Of a DNA stretch of 64,000 nt, positions 10,649-22,510 are shown one piece after another. A model generated the notes under the pieces. The model made no database searches, was not told where the DNA came from, and saw nothing but the letters and a program-made list of their open reading frames with translations. Numbering within the stretch: position 1 is the stretch's first letter; every line of letters begins with the position of its first letter. The stretch covers positions 186,001 to 250,000 of the forward strand of contig NW_026250425.1 in assembly GCF_024521635.1 (NCBI RefSeq), written 5' to 3'. Both the position numbers and the translations under genes were made by a program. This stretch comes from Tricharina praecox. Taxonomy: Eukaryota.

Positions 10649-12799
10649 ATGGCGCCCCCACCCCCGCCTCCGCCACCACCACCGACCGAGTTCTACAACG
10701 GCTTCCGCAGCAATGTGACAACCGCGGCACCGTCGCCCACAGCATCGACATTCAATCTCAACCTTGGCATTAGTCTCAATGTCGAGCCGGTGGATAACCT
10801 GCCCGAGAGTCGGGTGTTGATCATCATGACTGGCGGGACCATCTGCATGCAGAGGAGCGAGAATGGTTATGTTCCGGTTGGTTCCAACCGATAGCGTGCG
10901 CGTGCGGAGTTGGGCTGCGCTGATGCGAATGGGAATAGGCGACCGGGTTTTTGGATAATGCCCTGAGACCTCGGCCGTCGTTCAATGATGGGTCACCGCC
11001 GAAACCGGTGCCCGTGGTCATGGAGGACGGGAAGGTGGAGATGATGGATACTTTGAGTATGTTGGGACGGAGGGGGTACCTATCGCGCCGGCAATCTGCG
11101 CTGACTTTAATTGCAGGAACTCCGCCGTCAAAGTACTCGAGGCGCGTACGGTTCGTCGGGTTGGAGTTTAATCCATTGCTTGATAGCTCCAGCATCAATG
11201 CCAAGGGCTGGGTCAAGATTGCGAAGACCATTGAGCGTACGGCTTCCCGTATCCGCCGGTTGTGAGGATTCTAACGCGGGCTCCAGGCAATTACCAGCTA
11301 TTCGATTCGTTCGTGATCCTACACGGAACCGATAGTCTGGCATACACGAGCTCGGCATTGAGTTTCATGATCAACAACCTCGGAAAGCCGGTGATCTTGA
11401 CGTGAGCATACTGCCGACGTGGATTGGCACAATCGCTAACGCCAAAAAGTGGTTCTCAGGCACCAATGTCCGAGCTGCACAACGATGCCACGGACAACCT
11501 CCTCGGCAGTCTCATCATCGCCGGCCACTACATGATCCCCGAGGTGTGTCTGTTCTTCAACCATAAGCTGTTCCGAGGAAACCGGGCAACCAAGACCAAC
11601 GCGCACGACTTCGCTGCATTCTCCTCGCCCAACCACCCGGCGCTGGCAAAGGTCGGGATTTCGACTACCGTGAACTGGGGTTTCGTTCGACGCCCGTCCA
11701 GGATCTCGCCTTTCAGTGTCCAGACGGACTTTGAAACGAGCCATGTGGCGTGTCTGCGAGTGTTCCCGGGAATCCTGCCGCAGATGGTCCGCGGTGTGCT
11801 GCAGCTGCCTGGGCTGAGGGGTTTGATCCTGGAGACTTTTGGTGCCGGGAATGCTCCGGAGGATGCAGAGCTTACCGATGCGTTGAGGGATGGGATTGAG
11901 CGGGGTATCGTCGTCGTGAATGTCACACAGTGTAAGTGTTCCACTGTCTATGGGCGAACTATAGTTGACGGTGTCTTAAGGCCAGGTGGGGACCGTCAGT
12001 CCTCTCTATGCATCCGCAACGGCGCTGGCTAGAGCTGGAGTTGTGTTCGGTCTCGACATGACCACCGAGGGTATTCCATTCTCCATTCGTTCTGCGGTTC
12101 CATCGCGCTGACATCCCTCCCAGCCGCACTTACAAAACTATCCTGTCTCCTCGCAAACCCGACCCTCTCAGCACCAGAAATTAGAAAACTCATGTCCCGG
12201 TCCATGCGCGGAGAGCTCACGGAGCAATCGGAGATCCATTTCTCACATCCTAATGCTGAGCTCCCGCCAGCTTTGTCTTCATTGAGTGCTTTGGGCTATG
12301 CCATCCAGGATCAGAATCTGGACGACATCCGTATCATCATCAAGGAGTCAAACCAGTTCTTGCTTAATCAGTTCGATTATTCGGGGAATACGCCATTGGT
12401 GAGTGGCAGCTTACTTCTGATATCCCATGTCTCCGTGTGATCTGTCTTCCATGACGCTCCCGCCCCGCCTATTTCCCATTTCTCTATCATATCATCCCAT
12501 CATGTCAAATACTAACCTGACGCCTCTGCAAACAGCACATTGCCGCGATCTCGCCAGGTCTAGGAATCCTCCGCGAATTCCTGAGCCAAGGAGCCAGTGT
12601 CCATCTTAGGAATCGCGACGGACGAACCCCGCTGTTCCTTGCTGCGGACGCAGGGAAGCTGGAGAATGTTAGGCTGCTCAAGGAGAGTGGTGCGCATCTG
12701 CACGCCGAGGAGAGCGAGATGGCCACCATGCTGAAGAAGCGCGCGGCCGCGGCTGGCGAGGAGGTCAAGAGGACGTGTTGGGATCTTGCGGGGGCGTGA
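10649..12799 (+). CDS. L-asparaginase (type I) with C-terminal ankyrin repeats, about 8 exons
   Basis: Catalytic motifs IMTGGTI and HGTDSLAY, plus LLDSSS, LFRGNR, LETFGAGN and VNVTQC. Ankyrin-like DYSGNTPLHIAA and RNRDGRTPLFLAA. Seven GT-AG introns with branch sites; stop TGA 12797-12799. Confidence 0.93.
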
Positions 12800-13221
12800 T
12801 AGGAAGGTTATGGCTGTGAAGATACCCGGGAAAGAGGTGTTTGGGCGTCGTGGTGGTAGCGGGAAGGGAAGTTTGTTCTTTTGCTGGTCTGGGGGGGGGG
12901 GGGGGGGCGTGAGTAGATGTGGACTTTGTACCTTGGTAGAATAGCGATAGTAGAATGATGGATAGATATTTAGATAGGTTTCTTCACGATCGTGACTCGT
13001 GAACTGTGTTTCAGCGGTGAGTACTGGCTATATTTCGGTCCTCTATATACTCCAGAACACTCGAACTTCCGTAATAGGGTTGGCGTATTATTAGTGAGAG
13101 TCCCCGGCCAATCGTAATCACATGACCTAGCCCATCACCGCCAATTTAGCTCCCAACCAACGCGTCGCCTTCACCAACGCGTCTTCCCGCCGTCCACCAC
13201 CCAACCACAGCAGCAGCAGCA

Positions 13222-14226
13222 ATGACTTCGCCATCCGCTTCCGCCCCGCACTTCAACGCCAATCTCATCCACGAGCTCTCGCGCCTGCGCACCGTCTCCC
13301 GCATCGCCGCCTACTCCCACTCCCACTCCCACGCCCACACCAGCACCTCCGCACCGCCCCTCGCCACCTCCACAGCCACGCACGAAGCCGACCTCGCCTC
13401 GACGAGCACCTCCCTGCGCCGGCTGCTAATCGACGAGGAGCTCCTGATCTCTACGCTAGCCTCGCAGCTGCCCTCGGCCCCAAATCGCGCACGCCACCTG
13501 CGCGCCCGCGTCGTCGCGAACCGCGAGGCGTTCGCCACCACTGGCTACCTACCGCCCGCCGGCAGCGCGCTGAATACGCTCTTGGCTGTGCGCGCGGTGC
13601 TGGCGAATATACAGGGGAACGAGGAGGCGGTGGTGCGTGCTAGGGCGGCGCTAGAGGAGGCGAGGAGGGAGTTGGTTGCGGTCAGGGCGAGGGCGGGGGA
13701 GGCGAGGTTGCTGGGGGAGGCGCTGGAGGGGCGGGTACAGGAGCTTGAGAGGGGGGGTGGAGGGGAGGCGGAGGGGGTGCAGGAGGTGAAGGCGAGGGTT
13801 AAGGAGACGAGACGCAGGGCCGCGAGGACGATGAAGTTGCTACAGAAGTTTTTTGGGGCGAGGTTGAAGGCGCTGCTGGAGATTGAGGAGCTGGGCGGGC
13901 CGGTGGCCGAGTTGGCGGTGGAGAGTGTTGATGCGAAACGGGCGGTAGGGAGGGCGAGCGGGCAGATGACGCTGCAGGAGGCGTTTCGCGCGGGGAGGAA
14001 GAGGAGGGGGAGGGCGGAGGAGGAGGGAGAGGAGGATGTGGATGATGAGATGAGGGGGCTGCTGGAAACGCTGATGAATAAGAGTATGGAGGCGGATACG
14101 TATGTCGAGTTGGAGATGGAGAGTGCGGTTGCGAGGTTTCTGGTCAGAGCGAAGGTGGCCGAGTTTCATCCGAGGGATGCGAGGAAGATACGCATGGTGG
14201 GGTTTGGTGGGGCTATTGGCGAGTAG
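13222..14226 (+). CDS. Probable inner kinetochore protein, CENP-K/Sim4-like
   Basis: 334-aa single-exon ORF with a central coiled coil and C-terminal VARFLVRAKVAEFHPRDARKIRMVGF, which I recall as the fungal CENP-K/Sim4 C-terminus. Confidence 0.6.
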   Translation: MTSPSASAPHFNANLIHELSRLRTVSRIAAYSHSHSHAHTSTSAPPLATSTATHEADLASTSTSLRRLLIDEELLISTLASQLPSAPNRARHLRARVVANREAFATTGYLPPAGSALNTLLAVRAVLANIQGNEEAVVRARAALEEARRELVAVRARAGEARLLGEALEGRVQELERGGGGEAEGVQEVKARVKETRRRAARTMKLLQKFFGARLKALLEIEELGGPVAELAVESVDAKRAVGRASGQMTLQEAFRAGRKRRGRAEEEGEEDVDDEMRGLLETLMNKSMEADTYVELEMESAVARFLVRAKVAEFHPRDARKIRMVGFGGAIGE

Positions 14227-14358
14227 GCAGGACTAATGGCATACCGGCTACTTCTACTTGGGATCGCGATTTGCATGAGACAATGGGGTTGGTGACATTG
14301 CAAGCATATACATACAGCATTTATCATCCCTACCACCACCCGCACTCCTGCCCGCAAC

Positions 14359-15000
14359 CTACTGATACCCCTCCAACTTCTCCATCGCGCCGATCCCCCC
14401 CTCCTCGCACCCCTTAGCAATCATCTCCTTAAGCCAGGGCACGCCATCGCCCCACCACGTATGCTGCAGCGGCCTCGGCGCCCTCTCCAAGCTATCCTTA
14501 TCCAAACTCGCCAAACTAACGCCCACAAAATCCTCCCCGTCGCCCTCGCCCTCCGGCCCATCGCCCGCCTCGCGCTCCTCATACACGCGGCTATAGACCA
14601 GATGCGTTCCGCAGCGCGCACAGAACGCTCTAGAAACACCGGGGGAGCTTGCATAGTGCACCAGCGACTTCGGCTCGCCGCCGCCCAGCTCCTTCCGCAG
14701 TGCGCCCGCGGTGACGACGGACGACGCGTACACAGTGTGCGATTGGTCGAACGTCGAGCTGATGTGGAAGACTGCCCAGCTCTGCGGAAGGATTATCCAT
14801 GCCTGTAGCAGCGCCCCGCTGGTTCGCCGGCAGGATGTGCAGTGGTCGAAGTCCACGAGCGGGAAGGGCGGCGATGGTTGCGCTGGCAAAGTCAGCTGGT
14901 ATGTGTTCGCGCCGCAGTGGCAGCCACCGCTGAGGTACGTCTCTGTGCCGGTGGTGGTGGGGGTGCTGGGGCAGTCGGGGTCGGGGTCGGGAGTGCTCAT
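14359..15000 (-). CDS. GFA / CENP-V (Mss4-like) zinc-binding protein
   Basis: GGCHCGA, DHCTSCRRTSGA and YASSPGVSRAFCARCGTHL motifs; most likely ATG at 15000 (MSTPDPD). Confidence 0.88.
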   Translation of the reverse strand: MSTPDPDPDCPSTPTTTGTETYLSGGCHCGANTYQLTLPAQPSPPFPLVDFDHCTSCRRTSGALLQAWIILPQSWAVFHISSTFDQSHTVYASSVVTAGALRKELGGGEPKSLVHYASSPGVSRAFCARCGTHLVYSRVYEEREAGDGPEGEGDGEDFVGVSLASLDKDSLERAPRPLQHTWWGDGVPWLKEMIAKGCEEGGIGAMEKLEGYQ

Positions 15001-15377
15001 TGTGCAGATGGGTTGCGGATTTCGGGGGCAGGAGAAGGATATGCGGATTGCGGGGCGAACGGGAATGTAGCACGAGAGGAAGCGGACTCGTCGATATGTA
15101 CGAGAAGACTCCTCGCTCATGCACTCACATGCAGCCGTTTGCGTGGAATACGGTACTCTACCGTGTCACGGGATGCCGACGGCCACCTCCGGATCCCCCT
15201 CAAACAGCGCGGAAATCTCACATCCCAATTCATCGAGACATATTTTGTCCAAACTGAATAAATGCTGGAGACCGCTGTGTCCCAAGCCTTGCACGCTAAT
15301 GATCCCCTTCCCCCGAGTCATGACCGATGCCACATAGGTACAAGAAACATCAAATATCCAACAAGTCTTCCATGAAT

Positions 15378-16583
15378 TTACGCTACACTGTAGATACACC
15401 CTTCATTATGGCCACTCTTCCCGACTTTCCTGATAACCGCATAATCCGCTTTACACCCCCAGCAAAACTCGAACCCACATTTCCTGCAGGTCATATGTTG
15501 ACATCCGCCGGTCTTCATGATATCGAACTTGCAACCAGGACACGGTCTCGTCTGTTCCCTAACCAGCTTCTCGCTCATTTCCAACCCCATCTCCCGCTCC
15601 CCCATCATCCCCGGCAATCCCGCCACCCTCAGGTCCTCATCGTACTCCTCGCACGACAGCTCCCCGTGCCACGGCGTGTCTCGATGGTTGAAGCACGTCT
15701 TGTGCCCGCAGGCGCGGCAGGTGACGATGGGACTATCCGTGCCTCCCTCGTGCAGCTGGCTGCTTCCACATCCGGGCGAGATGCACTCTCTATACTCAGG
15801 CAGCGACTGCAAGAACCTTCTCGTAGCGCGGTCCGCAAACACGGCGCTCTGCGCAGGCGTGCCGAAGCGCCGCACGTCGCACGCGGTGAACGCCGCGCTG
15901 CACTTAGGACACTGCAGATCGATCCATGCGGCGCCCGAGAGCGAGTACTTTAGCAGCTGCTGCACGCACAAGAGACAGACGGTGCGCGGGTGCGTGCAGG
16001 AGGAGGTGGGTGCGAGCGGGAAGGCGGAGATCGGTTGGGAGGACAGGCACACTATACAGTCGATCTGTGGCTCGGGACTGCGCGCGAGTTTATATCTACC
16101 AACCTCGCGGCCCCACGCCGCAAAATCAGTATCGACCAATATGCCGGAGAAGGGGAGGGAGGGAATACGTCTTCTCGTAGATCCGGACCTCGTCGAGCGC
16201 CCTTGTATCCCCATGTCCCAACGCCCCTACGCACCCGGTTCTCGGACAGGCCGGATTTTCACCGGCAATGACTGCCCGACGCACAATGAACTGCAGACAG
16301 TCGAGACACACCCAGCAGAAGTCGGGGCGGTCGAGAGTCAGCTCGGCGTAGTACGTTGGCTTGCGGTAGTGGCATTGCACACAGATTTTCTTGCTGATGA
16401 GCTGCGGCTGGTGGACGTAGACTTTTGTGCTGGGTTGGGCGGGTACGTATACGTGTGCCTCCTGAAGGCGGGCAAGTCAGCTCGGTGGATTCGAAGTTCA
16501 TGGCGGGTTGGATGGGGGGATGCACTCACCTCGGGCTGCTGGGCGAGTGCGTTCACGCCTTTTTTGGGGAAGAATATCGACAT
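15378..16583 (-). CDS. RBR-type (RING-IBR-RING) E3 ubiquitin ligase, 3 exons
   Basis: RING1 CIVC..CTH..VCLLC..CPKC; IBR CISPGC..CRACGHKTCFNHRDTPWHGELSC; RING2 CPGCKFDIMKTGGCQHMTCRKCGFEFCWGC. Introns near 16529-16463 and 16169-16096. An additional Cys-rich segment lies in exon 2. Confidence 0.88.
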
Positions 16584-17372
16584 CGTCTTCTTCCGTGATC
16601 GATAGCGACAGAGTGGTAGTTATGGTGGGGAAGAGGAAGAGGAGACCCCACGCCGGCGAAGTCAATACATAGCGTTTATGTACTGGGCCTCGCACGCTGT
16701 GCTACCGCTCCTCTCCAGCAAACTTTCTGGGCATTTTCGATTGGTCCCGCTGACTTCAGGAATGTTGTCTGCCTGGTTGAATTGACCACTCGCCGTTGAC
16801 TGTTGATCATTGGCCATCGCTCAAGTGGCCGTCGTCAATCGGCTATTGGCGGAGACCATTGCGGTGTGCGCACAACACCTAATGGATGCGCACGCCGGGG
16901 TGCGATGGGTGGAATTAAGCCAGGCAGCTGTGTGACGTACTATACTTTTCGGCGAGGTATATGCAGATGAATCACCGTTCTGGGACCAGAGGCCAATGAA
17001 GGTTTCGTCCAGGCGAAAGAGGGGGGATATCTTCAGCCGCACCGAAACGTATTCGCTACATACCATGCAACTCTGGCCTGGACGCTGACAGCGATGATGC
17101 GGTTTCAAATACGGGCCGATAGATCTTGCGGGTCCCTCTCCATGGGGACGGACCATGGGAGAGGTCTGATTAAGCATTAATGCATTATTCTGTAGCCTAA
17201 CCCTCCAATATGTACATTCAATCCAATCCCTCCACATCTCCGCGTCCAGTCCAAAAACCAAATGGTAAAGGTAACAAGTGAAAATCAAACCCAAAAGCCA
17301 GGAGCGATCCAACCCGCCACTGCAAGTAAACGCCATTCTCCCCCTCCCCCTTGCAACCGGCTTTTCCTGCCC

Positions 17373-19192
17373 TTAGCTATCCCAAATCGCGCCGAAAGCA
17401 GGTACGCCCCTCGACTCGAGGCCGTACACGACCTTGTACGTCAAACTTGGGTTGCTGATGATCACCACGGCCTCGGCCTTACTCTCGCGATACATGGAGT
17501 ACGCCATCTTGACGACGTCCGGACGGCTGCCAGAGGCAGTATCGTAGATCACCGCGTCCTTATCCGCCTTGAGCACATCGCCGACCAGGCCGTCGCCAAA
17601 GGTCTTGCGCGGAGACCGGGTGCTCCACAGGACCCGACAGGGGACCTCGCCGGAGCGGAGCACGGCAAGGCACGGGCCGATGCCGGAGCCCGTGGCGATC
17701 AGGACAATTTTGCGGAAGAGCTTGGAGACGTGCAGGACGCCGCAGGCTGTGCGTGTGGTTAGTCTATGCGTGTGGAGGAAAGCGGTGAGGAGGGGATTAT
17801 ATACTAGGAACGCCTTTGTACCACATCTCCGTTGGGGGATGGGCAATGACGTTGCTGGTCCAGTCGCCAGCCTTCGAGACGACGACCGAGTAGTCGCCCT
17901 TGTCCTCGCCCGACTCGGCGATCGCCGCGAAGGAGTGCCATTCGAATAGTGGGCTCTGGGATAGCCGCACGAAAGAGCCGGGGTAGGGGCGGATGTAGGA
18001 CCGGTCTTTCACGTAGATGCGGCAGGCGTGAGACGACAGAACTTCCGTCTGCACGCTGAGTTTGCGGAGGTGCAGCCATGGGTATACGAGACACAGGGAG
18101 ATGATCGTGAGGAACCAGAAGCTTGGGCTGTTGATCAGGGCACGGCCGAGGGAAGGGCCAACTGCGAAGTGCGTGGTGTCTTTGGTCAGGCTGACGATTA
18201 GGCCCCAGACCAGAGCTACCGAGAGCCAGCCAGCGAAGCGGTGGGTCATCTCGAAGTAGTTGTGGTAGTGCTGGCGGACGGTGGGGTAGGCGGAGGTGGT
18301 CATCAGACAGAGCAGCAATACCACGGTCCAGCAGAGGACCACGGTGGGCATCGTTACCTGCTTTATAGAGTCAGTCCAGAATAATAGATAGATATAAGGC
18401 AGGTTAGACTTACGATTTGCACGCCGTGACAGTAATTGTGAGTGAGGCTTCCAGTTAACCAGATCAACCAGATAACCGAAAAGAACGCACAGCCGCTGTG
18501 GATGCCGCCGAAAGTATAGACCTTCGCACAGTGTCGCCGGATCCACAGAGGCCAGCTTCTCGGCACCGACGCAAAGCTCCGGAACAACATATTGACCATA
18601 TGGTCATGCCGCATCACCACAGTGGCCGTCAAATTTCCCAAACATGCAGCCGCCAGCCATTCCACCGTGCACCTCTTCGTCACCGCAATCGCTATCGCCA
18701 TCCCCAAGTTCGCCAAGAATACAATCGAGAACAGTCGTCTGTAGACGGACATCAACCGATACCGAATGTTCCGTGCCACCGAGCCATGACGTTTCTCCGC
18801 TAATTCATGCCCTGCGTGGACAGTCCAATCTTCTTGTTTCTCGACGTCGACGGTTGCTCCGTCTTCTTGGGACTCGGCTTTCTCAGGGTCATTTGGTCTG
18901 TGGACCGCGGCTGGCAAGATTTCCACACTGGCATCTCGGTTGTTTGGCGTGGCAGTTGACGTTTCCGTGTAGGAAGAGCTTGCTGACGACCTGTGCACAA
19001 AGTCAATCGGTCGAACTCCGCCACATGGCAGAACTCCTAGGCCAGGCCAGGGAAAGAAGCATACCCTAAAGCAGCGCTGCCACGCTGAACGCTATTAATT
19101 GAGGGCTCCGAGTGGCCGTCTTTATTAATCGAGGACTCCGAGAGGCCCTCGTTATTAAGAGTCGGGAGCTTGGTATCACCACCGCTCGTCAT
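17373..19192 (-). CDS. TmpA-like integral membrane flavoprotein (ferric-reductase-like TM region plus FAD/NAD-binding domain), 4 exons
   Basis: GGIHSGC, HNYFEMTHRFAGW, EWHSFA, GDWT, IATGSGIGP and C-terminal AFGAIWDS. Exon 1 from ATG 19192 splices (GTATGC..CAG) in frame into the 18998 ORF. Confidence 0.82.
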
Positions 19193-19496
19193 ATTGGATA
19201 ATAATAAATATATAATCAAAGTCACTGACTAGAAAAGAGGCCGGCCGTTTCGTTCCGTTCCGCTGGATTTGCTGCTGTACAATGCTCTGGGGCTAGATTG
19301 GGTCTTCTGAGAAATCTGGAATACATCTAGTATTTATCCCCCGCAAGTTCTCCGTGGTGGTTGCTTAGGCATACGCAAGCCGAGCTGGACCTCATTGAAG
19401 TTCATTCTTGCCTCCCGCACTGATATCCCTCCGAGGCCGATGGACCTGGAGGGTCCCTGAGTCCGCCGCATAAGCGATTTCTCCGGGGCATGTGGG

Positions 19497-19552
19497 GGTG
19501 TGTCTGTGTGGGTGTGTCTGTGTGGGTGTGTCTGTGTGGGTGTGTCTGTGTG
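19497..19552. repeat. (GTGTCTGTGTGG)-type GT-rich minisatellite
   Basis: About 4 tandem 14-bp units seen directly. Confidence 0.8.
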
Positions 19553-22321
19553 CCGTCATCCCGGGGGAGGAAGTGCCGCGCCAGACGTGAGGTCACGGTG
19601 ATATGGTCCGTCCACCAGACGAAAGGATGGATCCATGGATCCCTACTCAGCTGCAGCCTGCGTGCGGCGTAAGATGGAAGGGAAACGAAAGAGCTCGCCT
19701 GTACCCGAGGACCTGGCGAAGCAACCTTTATATTCGTCAAGAAAACCCGGTGCACATGGGCTGTAGCGGGGTGAAGTGTTAAACGCCAATAGTGGCCGGT
19801 TTAACGCATTATGGCCCTTCAACTTGCAAATACGTATCATACAATGTTTTTACTCGGTGGTTGAGCGGCACAGCAGAATTTTCGGATTCATCGACACCGT
19901 CTTGATTCCGCTTCTCTGTCAAACAGCCCAAAGCGCCGTAATTCGAGTGCCAAAAAACAACCACAGGGAATGGGTGGTGAGCATTGACGTCCAAGCGGCG
20001 TGTGCACCAGGTATCCGTGGGTGCATCATACCCGGATCACCAGATGGCATGCACACGCATCATTGTTACCGTCTTCAAGGCGACGATTGTGTTTGTATCT
20101 CCGCCAGATCGGAAGGCCTGCGTAGCCATTACTGTTTACGATTTCATCAGACCGAGATATATCGAGAAGAGGAACACAATATAAATCTTGATATAAATCT
20201 TAATATGATCGTAGTGGCGTGACACTGGAATCTGGAGCCAGGAATTTCGCGCGGGAAAACTCTATGGCGCCGCGGAGTAAGGCTGGCCACCACCGGTGTC
20301 ATCCTGGCCAGATTAGGACCAGATCAGTGGTCGACATACTCCAGTCCGTCCGTCCTGAACCTCGGGCTGGACTGGAATTATCTTGGCAGTACGTCTAGGG
20401 GCATTGTTCGGACGGACTTGTCCAGAAAATTCAGGGCAGAATGGATTGCAGTCCAATACCAAGAAACGAAGAAAAAGGCTTACGTGTCGACTCCTACATC
20501 CCGATGGGCTTTCTGGGGGCGGCAGAGGTAGAGAAGCAAACACTCAAAGCTGTCGAACAGAAATGCGTACTGTGAGACTCAGTCTGCTCTTTTCTTTGAT
20601 AACGTACATACATGACCATAAGCACACCCGAACTACTCAGGGTCCTCCTGGCACAAAGCACAAAGCATGAAGCATCTCCTCCATTACCTCGACATCCTGC
20701 CGATAGGCGGCAATGCAGCGATCTCTCTGCAATCTCTTCAAGCATTCCAATCGCCGTAGTAATGTACGATGGCAGAAGAGAACGTGCAAGAATGCTGCGT
20801 GATATGGAAGTTTCAGCCCCCAAAGGTGTTTTTTTATCGGTCATCTGTGCAAACAAGTGCACATCGGACTGCAATGACTGCAGTCGACTGCAGGTCGTAT
20901 CCAGTGCATGATATCCATGGACTGGACGGATTACTTTTGCGCAGTCTGTCCAACAAACACTGAATCAGATATCCAAGGGAAACAGTGGACGATAGCTGTC
21001 ACTGTCTATCTCCCCCCAAGCGCCGAGAGGATTAGAATTGTGTGTGCAGCATGCGCCGTAGAGTCTGCGGCGCAAGCTGATCGATCAGACAGCCGTCATA
21101 GCCGCGTGTCTTGTCAATGGTGTTTGCATAAGGTCTGATAGTTGGTCGGTGAAGCTGGAATGCTTATCATACGCAGTTCTGTAGGCCAGGTCCTCCCCCA
21201 CCACCCAGTCCCGCCTTCCAGATCTTGTAAGAACATATTCCACGGGAATACATCCACCCGCCCCGTGTGTCGAGAATCTAGTAACCCCCTCCCCCAGAGT
21301 TCTTGGTGTTTCTCTCCTCAGACTACCGGTATGTGTCTTAGAGATTAGGTTGTAAGCAACATACACAACGGTCACAAGCCTGGTGTGAGATCTTGGGACC
21401 CGGCACAGAAATCCAATAAATCTTGCCGCTGCACGCGTGTACATGAGCATTTGACAGCGCCGGCCACCCAGTGCGGCCGGATTCGGTTCCTAATGGCTTA
21501 TAAGGGAAGGCCCTTCTCACTTAACCACCACACATGCTTGGTTCAATTAGGCCGGAACGGCGTCGAGAAAAGGCTCGCGGCGCTTACAGCTCACCGGGCT
21601 CGCTTGTTTCGGGAGATGTAAACCATGCGCAGCACAGAATCACCCAAGAGTGACTGCGTACGGTAGAGTATTCTTGAACGGCTCCGGGTATCTCAACCGA
21701 GGGGCCTAGTCGAATCAAGTGAGCCACTACTATATTACCGTCACACAGCGTCTAACTACTAGATTTGGCCACCGCGGCTATCCCGGCTGTTGGACCGTCG
21801 TCCGTCATATTCTAACTATCCAATAGAGGTAGACCATATACATGCTCACGTACGGTCAGCTCCCTACCATCTGACTTCCAATAGGTGCGCCCCTCCCCCA
21901 CCTCTACAGTCCAAAATTCCAAATATCCTCGCGGAACATTGTCTTGTGTCCTGTCCAGACTCATGATTGCAGATTCGATTGCTATATGAGAACTACGATT
22001 CGGATTCAATTGTGCAGTTTCGGGGAATCGGGGGCATTCGTGTCAGGAAGAAACGTAATGAGAAAAGAAGAGGTTTCAACTCATTGGTTGAATCAGAAAT
22101 CTTTTAGGCCACGGAAGATGCCACCCCCAGTGCTCCAGGCCATGGAAACTGCTGGAAGCGAGCATGACGTTGATTCATGACATGTGCGGGGGATATGAGT
22201 AGGATTGAGGCGAGGATGCATGATGGAGGCGCAGATGACAATCAGTGATTTAAAGAAACACAAGTTTGCGTTCAGTCGAGGGCTACCTAGTGGGGGAAGT
22301 ACAGCCGTTTATGTATATCGA

Positions 22322-22510
22322 TGCCAACCCTCTATCCGTGAGAACGCCATCCTCGTACAGCAACTGGCCCGCACCCAGACATCTTCGATGGCAGCCACCC
22401 TGTGTTCCTTTGCTTTTTATCATTGGCAACGCCCTATCCGTGAGAACGCCATCCTCGTACAGCAACTGACCCGCACCAAAGCATCTGCCATGGCAGCCAC
22501 CCTGTGTTCC
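22322..22510 (+). repeat. Imperfect direct duplication, period 102 bp
   Basis: CTATCCGTGAGAACGCCATCCTCGTACAGCAACTG...ATGGCAGCCACCCTGTGTTCC at 22332 and 22434. Confidence 0.88.
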